From NCBI GenBank assembly GCA_965230905.1, contig OZ246396.1, positions 540,001-572,000 of the forward strand: 32,000 nt of DNA, given 5' to 3'. Each line of letters starts with the position of its first letter. Positions within the stretch are counted from its first letter, which is position 1. The DNA is from Candidatus Saccharimonadota bacterium. GTDB lineage: Bacteria > Patescibacteriota > Gracilibacteria > UBA1369 > 2-02-FULL-48-14. The position numbers were made by a program, and so were the translations under genes. Below, piece after piece: positions 14,774 through 22,209 of this stretch. The notes under the pieces were generated by a model, which saw only the letters and a program-made list of their open reading frames with translations, had not been told where the DNA came from and ran no database searches.

Positions 14774-15675
14774 GCACGCCCAATAAACTGCCGGAATCGC
14801 AGAATGTGCCCGTTTCCACTCCAAGTGAAGGAGGCGTGAGTGCGGCTAGTGCTGCAGAGGGTTCCCGACGGGAATCCATAGTCAGTCGTGGAGATTTGGA
14901 TGACCAAATTCGTGCCGGGCGAACGCCTGAAGAGGTGCTTGCCGCCGCAGCCGGAGTGGACTCAGGTGCCGATGTGGATGATTTAGTGAGTGAGGAAGGC
15001 AAAGAAAAAGTACGCGGAATGTTCAGCGGGGTCTCTGATTTTTTCAGCAGCATTTCCAGTAAGCTGGGAGACGTGACCAAGTCCTTAGGGAAATTACTGC
15101 ACGATCTTTTTGGAGTGAAAGACTCGGCCGGTGGAGTGGATCCGGACGAAGACAGTGATGAAGATGATGACAACGATTACGATACGGACATAGTGCGAGA
15201 CCCAAAAGATACGATTTACCGACTCATTGACCTGTTAAATCCTAAAGCTCCTTTCTTTACTTTTCTGAACGGCAAAGCTCCTCGCATCACGTCACGTTAT
15301 GGAAATCGTGATGATCCTATGAGTCATGGCCACACTCAAAATCACAAAGGTATAGATTTGAGTTTGGCGTCGGGGGATCAAGATGTTGGTGAACCCATTG
15401 TGGCTACACGTCCACTTAAAGTTGCTTATACTGCGGTTGATAAAAATGGGGGAAATATTGTTGCGGTGGAAGATCCTGATCATCCTGGATTGGTGGTTCC
15501 TTTGCTTCATTTGCAAAGTCTCAATAACCGAGTAGCTGGAGATGCTATTCAGCCGGGTGAAGTTATTGCCCATGTTGGGAAAAGTGGCGCTCGCGTTAAG
15601 GGAGCTCACCTTCATGTCGAAGCTAAGCAAAATGGCCAGCACATCGATCCGGCTCCTTACTTAGGTATTGCCTAG
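14770..15675 (+). CDS. M23 family metallopeptidase without a signal peptide
   Basis: 301-aa ORF overlapping the previous gene by ATGA. M23 motifs HKGIDL and GAHLHVEAKQNGQHIDP. The N-terminal ~150 aa are disordered/acidic (DPDEDSDEDDDNDYDTD). Confidence 0.85.
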   Translation: MSTPNKLPESQNVPVSTPSEGGVSAASAAEGSRRESIVSRGDLDDQIRAGRTPEEVLAAAAGVDSGADVDDLVSEEGKEKVRGMFSGVSDFFSSISSKLGDVTKSLGKLLHDLFGVKDSAGGVDPDEDSDEDDDNDYDTDIVRDPKDTIYRLIDLLNPKAPFFTFLNGKAPRITSRYGNRDDPMSHGHTQNHKGIDLSLASGDQDVGEPIVATRPLKVAYTAVDKNGGNIVAVEDPDHPGLVVPLLHLQSLNNRVAGDAIQPGEVIAHVGKSGARVKGAHLHVEAKQNGQHIDPAPYLGIA

Positions 15676-15691
15676 GTATTGCCTAGGTATT
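15662..15691. repeat. 11-bp tandem repeat (2.7 units) spanning the 3' end of the M23 gene
   Basis: TAGGTATTGCC at 15662-15672 and 15673-15683, then TAGGTATT at 15684-15691. The M23 stop TAG is the first triplet of unit 2. The nadE stop lies at 15690-15692 on the other strand. Confidence 0.9.
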
Positions 15692-16496
15692 AACTAATGC
15701 TTTCCGCTTCCGCCTTTTGGGCTTTTTTGATGGCGGCGGTGACGCGGCCCACGTGGATGACGGGAATGGTTTTTACCACGGCTTCGTTTTGTTGGGTGAG
15801 GCGCACCACTTTGTGGACCAGCAGCGCGTCCATGCCTTTTTCGATCATGGTGTCCGGGTCCACTTTATCTTCGAGTTGGCGGAGGATATCGTCGAGCTGG
15901 CCCCAAGTTCCGCCCATATCTTCTTCGTCGGTTTGTTTGGGCCAGAGGCCACGCGTGAATTCGCCGTCGGTGAGTTCGTGGGGCAGGCCCATGTGGCGGG
16001 CGAGGTCTATTACATCTGTTTTGTAGAGGTCGCCCAAAATCTGCAGTGCGCCGATGAATTCGCCGTCTTTAATGCCCAGGCCCAAATTCAAGTCGCTCTT
16101 GTTGGCGGTTCCAATAATCAAGCTGCCGGTGCAGGCGGCGTAATCGGTGAGCAGCATAGCCCGGATGCGCGCCTTCAAATGTTCAAAGGCAGCGGGCTCG
16201 CGTTCCCAGCTTACAAATTGGTAGTCCACTAAAAAGTTATTGATGGGTTCGTAGGCCACGGTGCAATCAAAATGTTCAGCAATTATTTTGGCGTGTTCGG
16301 CTTCCTCGTACGGTGAAACGCCCATTTCTGGCATGATGAGCGCGGTCACATTCTTGGCTCCAAAAGCGCGGATGGCCACGCAGAGCGCAACGGTGCTGTC
16401 GAGTCCGCCAGAAAGTCCCACCACGGCGCGGCTTGCCCCGTTGGTTTTAGCAAAACTGTGCAACTCTTGAATAAGTGTGGAAGCAATGGCGTGCAT
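15690..16496 (-). CDS. nadE: NH3-dependent NAD+ synthetase
   Basis: 268-aa ORF with the PP-loop VVGLSGGLDSTVAL in the context typical of NadE. Its size fits the single-domain form. Confidence 0.85.
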   Translation of the reverse strand: MHAIASTLIQELHSFAKTNGASRAVVGLSGGLDSTVALCVAIRAFGAKNVTALIMPEMGVSPYEEAEHAKIIAEHFDCTVAYEPINNFLVDYQFVSWEREPAAFEHLKARIRAMLLTDYAACTGSLIIGTANKSDLNLGLGIKDGEFIGALQILGDLYKTDVIDLARHMGLPHELTDGEFTRGLWPKQTDEEDMGGTWGQLDDILRQLEDKVDPDTMIEKGMDALLVHKVVRLTQQNEAVVKTIPVIHVGRVTAAIKKAQKAEAESIS

Positions 16497-16504
16497 AGGG
16501 GAGG

Positions 16505-16951
16505 TTAGTAATCTTTCAAGTTGCTTTGGAGGCGGCGGGAGGTTTCACGTTTTTTAATGGACTCGCGTTTGTCGTATTGTTTTTTACCACGCGCGATGCC
16601 GAAACTGATCTTCACTCTGCCGTTTTCCAGGCCGCACTCAAGCGGCACCACCGTAACACCGGCCGTGTGCAATTCACTAGCGATTTTTAGAATTTCGGCT
16701 TTACGCACCAGAAGTTTTCGTGGTCTTTCGGGTTCGTAGCCTTCGAGCGTGGTTTTCTTATAAAGGGGGATGTGGAAGTGCTCCAAAAAGAGTTCTCCGT
16801 TCCTTTCCGTGATATAAGAGCCTGTAAAATGCGCGCCGCCCATTTTGACGGATTTCACCTCGTGTCCCAAGAGTACAATACCTGCGGTAAACCGCTCCAG
16901 GATCTCGTAATCAAAGAATGCTCGCTTGTTCTTGGTTAATATTTTTTGCAT
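16505..16951 (-). CDS. smpB: SsrA-binding protein SmpB
   Basis: NKRAFFDYEILERFTAGIVLLGHEVKSVK and a basic C-terminal tail. I prefer ATG 16951 (MQKILTKNKRAFFDY) over the track start at 16987, because a full promoter sits inside the longer version. Confidence 0.9.
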   Translation of the reverse strand: MQKILTKNKRAFFDYEILERFTAGIVLLGHEVKSVKMGGAHFTGSYITERNGELFLEHFHIPLYKKTTLEGYEPERPRKLLVRKAEILKIASELHTAGVTVVPLECGLENGRVKISFGIARGKKQYDKRESIKKRETSRRLQSNLKDY

Positions 16952-16957
16952 GTGTAG

Positions 16958-16987
16958 AGCATAGAAGACTGGTATAATAGCCGTCAA
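16958..16987 (-). promoter_or_regulatory. Candidate smpB promoter (leaderless geometry)
   Basis: On the minus strand: TTGACG (16982-16987), 18-nt spacer, TATGCT (16958-16963), then 6 nt (CTACAC) and ATG 16951. Confidence 0.45.
16970..16978 (+). promoter_or_regulatory. Extended -10 element facing the small lipoprotein gene
   Basis: TGGTATAAT on the plus strand, interleaved with the divergent smpB promoter and about 100 nt upstream of ATG 17077. Confidence 0.35.
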
Positions 16988-17076
16988 TTTTAAGTTTTAG
17001 GCAACGTCAATCTATTTACAGGTTGATCGTCCCAGCATAAACTTTCTTTCAGATTTATTCTTTAACAAATTTGCCC

Positions 17077-17247
17077 ATGAAGAACTTCATGACAATGCTT
17101 CTCGCTAGCTTCGGAGTTATGACTCTTATGCTCGCTGGTTGCGAAACAACTGAAGAAGATGTAGCAGAAGAAGAGGAAGATGTAGTGGAAGAAGTAGAAG
17201 AAGTGGAAGAAGCAGTGGAAGAGATGGAAGAGGATGCTGCAGAGTAA
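17077..17247 (+). CDS. Small hyper-acidic lipoprotein (56 aa; below the ORF-track cutoff)
   Basis: My translation: MKNFMTMLLASFGVMTLMLAGCETTEEDVAEEEEDVVEEVEEVEEAVEEMEEDAAE*. It has a signal peptide with lipobox LAGC and is followed by a clean terminator. Confidence 0.6.
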   Translation: MKNFMTMLLASFGVMTLMLAGCETTEEDVAEEEEDVVEEVEEVEEAVEEMEEDAAE

Positions 17248-17282
17248 TCTTCTCTCGTAAGGCTTCGGTCTTAACTAAAAGG

Positions 17283-17304
17283 CTCCGCGAAAGCGGGGTT
17301 TTTT
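17283..17304. terminator. Intrinsic terminator shared by two convergent lipoprotein genes
   Basis: CTCCGC (17283-17288), GAAA loop, GCGGGG (17293-17298), then TTTTTT (17299-17304). An A-run sits upstream for the opposite strand. Confidence 0.7.
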
Positions 17305-17386
17305 AGTGTTTGGCGCTGAAATCTATGGGATAAATCTTCCCGTCGGAATTCACTTCTTGACCGTATACAATTTTATCAATATCCCT

Positions 17387-17710
17387 TTAGAGCGTTATAG
17401 TTATTCCCTTTCCTATGCCCTCTGTGTTCTTTGGGTCGATTGCTTTTTCGTAATCTGCGTCGTTTAGGAGTCCGTAGGTGTGAAGAACTTCGGCGCGTGC
17501 TCTTTCCCTGGCCAGGGCAGGGGCTTGTCGCATGGATCCAGTACTGAAATCTAATCCGCTATACGCCTGGCTCAATTCAACATAAGCTTGATTCCCAGCT
17601 TCATTTGCCATTTTTTGTATCTCGTCAGGGCTAAGTTGTTTGGGGCCTTCAGATACTTGTCCGTCACAAGCAGCGAGGCCTAGCATCAAAGGAATATCGG
17701 TGAGTTTCAT
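17387..17710 (-). CDS. Hypothetical lipoprotein
   Basis: 107-aa ORF. MKLTDIPLMLGLAACDGQ carries a lipobox (LAAC). No recognisable domain. Confidence 0.6.
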   Translation of the reverse strand: MKLTDIPLMLGLAACDGQVSEGPKQLSPDEIQKMANEAGNQAYVELSQAYSGLDFSTGSMRQAPALARERARAEVLHTYGLLNDADYEKAIDPKNTEGIGKGITITL

Positions 17711-17762
17711 AATTTATTTATAATAAAATCTAATTTTATGGCTAGAACTTTTGGTCGTCAAA

Positions 17763-18215
17763 TTATTTGATTAGTGCTCGGCTTTTCTCATAGAACTTGA
17801 TGCATTTCTCCACCGATGTGTTGGCGATGACGTCACCGATCGCATCCAAAGCTAAGTCGTCTGCCTTTTTGAAGCGGATGCAGCATTTGCCCATGTCCAG
17901 TTTCTTTCCGGTTTTCTCATACGCTTCTTTGAAGGACTTCCCTTCATCCGTGCCTGTGTACTCACACATCAAATACAGCGCCATATAGTTCTTCTGCGAG
18001 GCGAGGGCAACGATTCCAGTCGGCTGGCCATTGTAGGTATTTGGATAGCGCTTGAGGGGAATTTCATAGCAGATCATGCCCCAGTTCATGGTTTCTTCGT
18101 AACCCTTGGGTAGATTCTTTAAAATCATGGCACGGACTTGGCTGATTGCCTCCCGGCGGTCGGCAGGGAGTTCTTTTAGGTAAGCGGCTACGGTTTTAGC
18201 GGCGCTTTGTACCAT
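17763..18215 (-). CDS. DUF1801 (YdhG-like) domain protein
   Basis: 150-aa ORF. TVAAYLKELPADRREAISQVRAMILKNLPKGYEETMNWGMICYEIP matches the DUF1801 N-terminal pattern as I remember it. Confidence 0.7.
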   Translation of the reverse strand: MVQSAAKTVAAYLKELPADRREAISQVRAMILKNLPKGYEETMNWGMICYEIPLKRYPNTYNGQPTGIVALASQKNYMALYLMCEYTGTDEGKSFKEAYEKTGKKLDMGKCCIRFKKADDLALDAIGDVIANTSVEKCIKFYEKSRALIK

Positions 18216-18768
18216 GGAGGAGTGCTAAGATTATAGAAACATTTGCACAGACTAAATAGACCGGAAAGGCGAGGTTGGCAAAGTCGAAGGTTTGCATAAC
18301 AAGAAAAGCCGCTAGGGAGTTTACCAGTGCGCCAATGTAGTTCAGGGCACTTTCGGTTTCAGGGTGTTTCCAGGCTTTGATTAGGGTGGGGAGAGTGGCA
18401 AATAGGTCACTAAGCAGAGCGAAAAGAATCGCGACAGCGGCTTCTTGTGTGATTCCCCACAGAATCAACGCGAATACGGAACAAGCTCCACACAGGTAAT
18501 CCAGTGGGCCGAGTTTCCAGTAGGCTTTGGGGTTGAAGAAACTTGCGATGAGTACAATGGCGGGAGCCAGACCAGAGATGAGAATGGGAAAAGCTACCCA
18601 GCCTGCGCCTTTCGTGAAAGCAGCCGCTGCGGCGATGAGTGGAGCCACTGTCCATAGGATCCAGCTTACGCGATTGGGTTTATTTCTTCCTAAAAAAGTG
18701 TCACGCGTGTAGGAAACAGTGGCAAAAAGATTGAAGAGTCCGGCGGCAATGACTAAATAGGTGACCAT
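18196..18768 (-). CDS. Polytopic membrane protein of unknown function
   Basis: 190-aa ORF with about six hydrophobic segments. It overlaps the downstream DUF1801 gene by 20 nt and lies 3 nt after the upstream one. Confidence 0.65.
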   Translation of the reverse strand: MVTYLVIAAGLFNLFATVSYTRDTFLGRNKPNRVSWILWTVAPLIAAAAAFTKGAGWVAFPILISGLAPAIVLIASFFNPKAYWKLGPLDYLCGACSVFALILWGITQEAAVAILFALLSDLFATLPTLIKAWKHPETESALNYIGALVNSLAAFLVMQTFDFANLAFPVYLVCANVSIILALLHGTKRR

Positions 18769-18771
18769 AGT

Positions 18772-19125
18772 TTATTTTTTGCTGCTTTCTTTAACGCGAA
18801 AGTGAACCATTCTTTCTATTAAATCGTAGGGGATGGCTTCAGTTAGGGGAAATTGTACCGAGCCTTTTCCTTCTTTGTACTTGGAGAGGTCTTTTTTGAA
18901 AGCACTATGGCCGGAGGGGGTGGCGTAAAATCCTATGTGGTTTTTGTAAGCGGCAAAGTAAACCAGCGGTTTTTTGTTGAGCTTGAATGCTGGCATTTCG
19001 TAACTGATGGATTCCACGGCTTCGGGAGAGGCTTTTTGGATTATGCGGCGGAGTTTTCCAAGAATGGCCGCGGATTCTTTGGGGAGCGTTTTAAGGTAGG
19101 CGTCGACGGTTTTGAAGGTTTGCAT
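18772..19125 (-). CDS. DUF1801 (YdhG-like) domain protein
   Basis: 117-aa ORF, VDAYLKTLPKESAAILGKLRRIIQKASPEAVESISYEMPAFKLNKKPLVYFAAYKNHIGFY. Confidence 0.75.
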   Translation of the reverse strand: MQTFKTVDAYLKTLPKESAAILGKLRRIIQKASPEAVESISYEMPAFKLNKKPLVYFAAYKNHIGFYATPSGHSAFKKDLSKYKEGKGSVQFPLTEAIPYDLIERMVHFRVKESSKK

Positions 19126-19177
19126 GAGTTGGTTGACGTTTCTTTATTTTACACCATAATAAGCACTTATTATAATA

Positions 19178-19933
19178 ATGAGAAACTTTAAGCACGTTCC
19201 AGAAGAAGTTGAAGCACTCAAGCCCACGGGGATTTTTAATATTTCCTACACACATGCCACGTCCAGTACCTCGAGACCGGGAATAGAGAAACCGGGCAAA
19301 CTCATGGCGCCTCGAATCGCGTTGGCTAATGAGGCAGTTCCTTTTTCGGGGGAGCCTCAGTGGTACACCTATTTGTTTAGGGGGTACTACGTTTCGCTTT
19401 CTTCCTATCCTGATGCCTTAGACGACCACAAGTGGCAGACATATATAGCTCATGGAAGTTTATTGTGGACCCCTGAAGGGAGCGAGGGACTGATTCGCCT
19501 GCTTGAAGCGGAGAAAAGGCGAATTTTGGACGCACCTTACCGTAAGGCGGACTTCGATGATCCGCGCAGAAAGACTGATGCACGTATAAAAATCGATGGA
19601 TGTATTGAACTTGAACGAGCGAAGCAGGAAAAATATGCGACTCTGGATGATATAGAAAAGGCGAGGATTGCTGATCCAAAACCAGAAATTTATGTCTTTG
19701 ATGATCGTGTGAAAGAAATACTTTCTCCGGGCATTATCTTTGGGAAAAGCCTGCAGCAGCATTCGCACCCGTTTGTGCCGGCAGAAATAAACCTAGAGAG
19801 GTATTTGAGCGGCATGTTCACTTCGTTGGAAGTAGGGAAAACCAGGGAATGGATATCGGGAGTTTTAGAAAGGGACGTGCCGGTTGGCTCTTTGGATGCT
19901 TTAAATACTTGGGAAAAAAGTAAAGAGCGGTAA
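19178..19933 (+). CDS. Hypothetical protein (no recognised domain)
   Basis: 251-aa ORF. A candidate promoter lies upstream: TTGACG (19132-19137), 16-nt spacer, CATAAT (19154-19159). No signal peptide or TM segment. Confidence 0.6.
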   Translation: MRNFKHVPEEVEALKPTGIFNISYTHATSSTSRPGIEKPGKLMAPRIALANEAVPFSGEPQWYTYLFRGYYVSLSSYPDALDDHKWQTYIAHGSLLWTPEGSEGLIRLLEAEKRRILDAPYRKADFDDPRRKTDARIKIDGCIELERAKQEKYATLDDIEKARIADPKPEIYVFDDRVKEILSPGIIFGKSLQQHSHPFVPAEINLERYLSGMFTSLEVGKTREWISGVLERDVPVGSLDALNTWEKSKER

Positions 19934-19945
19934 ACTTAAGCCACT

Positions 19946-20479
19946 ATGAAATACGTCGCGCTCCTTCGTGGGATCAATGTTGGTGGCAACGCTAAGGTGG
20001 AAATGGCGCGGCTCCGGAAAGTTTTTGAATCGTTGGGTTTTAATGAGGTTCGCACGTACATCAACAGCGGAAACGTGATTTTTGAGAGTGAGGAAAAGGA
20101 TGTGAAAAAGCTGACGGTTCAGATAGAAAAGGCCATAGAGAAAACTTTTGGTTTTGCTGTCAGAACGGTGCTGCGGGAGAAAGAGAATATTTTGAAACTG
20201 GCTCAAGAAATTCCTGTGGAATGGACCAACGATACCGAGCAGAAAACGGATGTGCTCTTTTTGTGGGAGGATTTTGATAACAAAAAGTCGCTGGAGCTGA
20301 TTCAGGCGGCAAAAGGTGTGGACGTGCTGCTGTACTTTCCAGGTGCGATTGCGTGGAAGGTGGACCGGGCTCAGTACAACAAAAGTGGTATGCGGAAGTT
20401 TATTGGCTCGGTTTTGTATAAAAATATGACCGCCCGGAATGTGAATACGGTGAGGAAATTGGCGGAGATGATGAAATAA
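19946..20479 (+). CDS. DUF1697 domain protein
   Basis: 177-aa ORF. MKYVALLRGINVGGNAKVEMARLRKVFESLGF is the characteristic DUF1697 N-terminus. Confidence 0.8.
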   Translation: MKYVALLRGINVGGNAKVEMARLRKVFESLGFNEVRTYINSGNVIFESEEKDVKKLTVQIEKAIEKTFGFAVRTVLREKENILKLAQEIPVEWTNDTEQKTDVLFLWEDFDNKKSLELIQAAKGVDVLLYFPGAIAWKVDRAQYNKSGMRKFIGSVLYKNMTARNVNTVRKLAEMMK

Positions 20480-20565
20480 GTGGCGGAGAGTAGCAATTGC
20501 ATTGATAAATTTCATAAAAAGCCTTTTAATTTCCTCTTAGCTACAATCTATTCACCCATTACTCA

Positions 20566-21408
20566 ATGGATAATCCTCGCTCCGACGAAGACAGTACCCT
20601 CCCCGATGAGGCTTTGATGAATTACTTGGACCGCAATTTCCCTATAAGTACGGAAAGTAGAGACCGTGTCTTACAGGCAAGCTTGGCGGCTCTGGATGGT
20701 CTCGAGGGGAGAACTCGAGGTATAGTAGCTAAGGAGAGTGGCGTTGAGATGATTGCTTATGCCACCCGTGAGTTTAGAAAAATGATTGAAGTGGTGGGGG
20801 CTTCAGGCACTCTTCAAAATATTTATCCGCTGCGCGATGAAGCGTGGTATGAAAATTTTCCTCGGCCACATGGGCTTTCAAGTAACGACTTAACCATGCT
20901 CGACTCGCTAAAAGGACAATATGGGGATCTGCCAGAAGATTGTAGAAAATTTGGTGGTAAAGTTTACCCTTGGGAAGAGTTTCTAGATGTGAAGCCAGGT
21001 ATACAGTGTGATTTTTTGGTTGCCGGGAGTGGATTGAAGAAGGCGGCCCCCTTTTTTATAAATGAAAAAGGCTGCTTAGTATTCGGAGAGAATGGACGAA
21101 AGCCTGATGCAGACACTTTAAATACGAATTATATAGACAATAAAATCGATGCAATCTCAGCACCGGGGCGAAATTTGATTACTTTTCAGGAGTTTATGCG
21201 TCGTGTTCAAACAAAGCTTGAATGGGATCCGAACGTAAATACCTGGATGGAATCTGGACCCATAAGGCATCGCGTTTCAGTGGGGCATATTTACGAAGGG
21301 CAGGCAGGGCGTGATTTACGTGCACCAACACGGAAAGCCATGAATTTAGGAGCCTTAAGAGTGACGAGAGTGCCGCTCCATCTCCCCGCTGCTGCGCAGC
21401 CTGTTTAA
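20566..21408 (+). CDS. Hypothetical protein (no recognised domain)
   Basis: 280-aa ORF with an ATG start, no signal peptide and no motif I can name. Confidence 0.55.
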   Translation: MDNPRSDEDSTLPDEALMNYLDRNFPISTESRDRVLQASLAALDGLEGRTRGIVAKESGVEMIAYATREFRKMIEVVGASGTLQNIYPLRDEAWYENFPRPHGLSSNDLTMLDSLKGQYGDLPEDCRKFGGKVYPWEEFLDVKPGIQCDFLVAGSGLKKAAPFFINEKGCLVFGENGRKPDADTLNTNYIDNKIDAISAPGRNLITFQEFMRRVQTKLEWDPNVNTWMESGPIRHRVSVGHIYEGQAGRDLRAPTRKAMNLGALRVTRVPLHLPAAAQPV

Positions 21409-21452
21409 AAAACCGCTAGGCCACAAGGGCCCACCGCTTTTTTAAAACTTCC

Positions 21453-21542
21453 TGGCGGAAGGGGGGAGATTCGAACTCCCGAAACCCTTTCGAGCTTACC
21501 CGCTTTCCAAGCGAGCGCACTAGGCCACTATGCGACCCTTCC
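21453..21542 (-). tRNA. tRNA-Ser (anticodon GGA), CCA encoded
   Basis: The reverse complement folds as a cloverleaf. Acceptor GGAAGGG/CCCTTCC; anticodon stem CTCGC/GCGGG with loop TTGGAAA; long variable arm; T arm GGGAG-TTCGAAT-CTCCC; discriminator G plus CCA. Confidence 0.9.
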
Positions 21543-21581
21543 GTGGGCTCTATTTTTACTGGAGAGGGGAAGGAAAGGCAA

Positions 21582-22106
21582 CTAATTCTCCAGTTCGGCG
21601 CTTTCTATAAAGATTTCCAGGATCCTTGTGCTCAAATCCTTATTAAGGAATCCTCCCACGAGTTGGTAGGTGGGAACATCCATGTTTTGGCCAGGAATGT
21701 AGAGAGAGAAGGCGTCGCGAGTGGTGATTTTTAGCGCTCGGTGGCCATCTATGATTATGTTTTCAGATTGGTACTTGTGCGTTTTTCTGAGGTCTTTCAG
21801 ACTACTGCCCTCTTCCTCAAAGAGGTAGGGGTAACTGAAAGTTATGCCCGTGGTGGTGTAACTGTTGATCGTGTCATCCCAATAAAGGAATTCAATTTCG
21901 CGAAAATCTTGCCCTTCTGGATGCAATTTAAAATAGACTTCTACTTCTTCGGGGTAGTCAAAACTGAGGTATTCATCCTTATAATGTCTAGACTCTTCAA
22001 CGCTACCCAGGGTTACTAAAGTCTTAGCTTCGACGAGCTCCGCTTCTGATTGAGGAGTGCTGTCAGAGAGGAAACACAAAAAAACTACTATAAATAAGCT
22101 TTTCAT
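21582..22106 (-). CDS. Secreted hypothetical protein
   Basis: 174-aa ORF with signal-peptide-like N-terminus MKSLFIVVFLCFLSDS. AT-richer than its neighbours by eye. Confidence 0.6.
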   Translation of the reverse strand: MKSLFIVVFLCFLSDSTPQSEAELVEAKTLVTLGSVEESRHYKDEYLSFDYPEEVEVYFKLHPEGQDFREIEFLYWDDTINSYTTTGITFSYPYLFEEEGSSLKDLRKTHKYQSENIIIDGHRALKITTRDAFSLYIPGQNMDVPTYQLVGGFLNKDLSTRILEIFIESAELEN

Positions 22107-22144
22107 ATAAGGAGTGGTTAAAGGGGGCTAACCGTACTTGGTCC

Positions 22145-22177
22145 AAAAAAAGCCCCGAAGTTTTGGGAGCTTTTTTT
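22145..22177 (-). terminator. Intrinsic terminator after rpmB
   Basis: Stem AGCCCC (22151-22156) / GGGAGCT (22165-22171) with one bulge, flanked by A-run 22145-22151 and T-run 22171-22177. On the minus strand it follows the rpmB stop. Confidence 0.6.
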
Positions 22178-22209
22178 GGTGCTTATTCTGAACGCAACGA
22201 AACTATATT

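Noticed and set aside
16952-17076. tmRNA (ssrA) expected next to smpB
   Set aside because: The gap is only 125 nt and has no tRNA-like 3' domain or tag ORF. ssrA must lie elsewhere.
19901-20515. 204-aa minus-strand ORF covering the DUF1697 gene
   Set aside because: The plus-strand product has the unmistakable DUF1697 N-terminus (LLRGINVGG). The minus-frame product is His/Phe/Arg-rich with no motif.
17300-21542. Genomic island integrated at tRNA-Ser
   Set aside because: There is no integrase or recombinase. I also could not find a direct repeat of the tRNA 3' segment (GGAGATTCGAACTCCC) elsewhere in the window.
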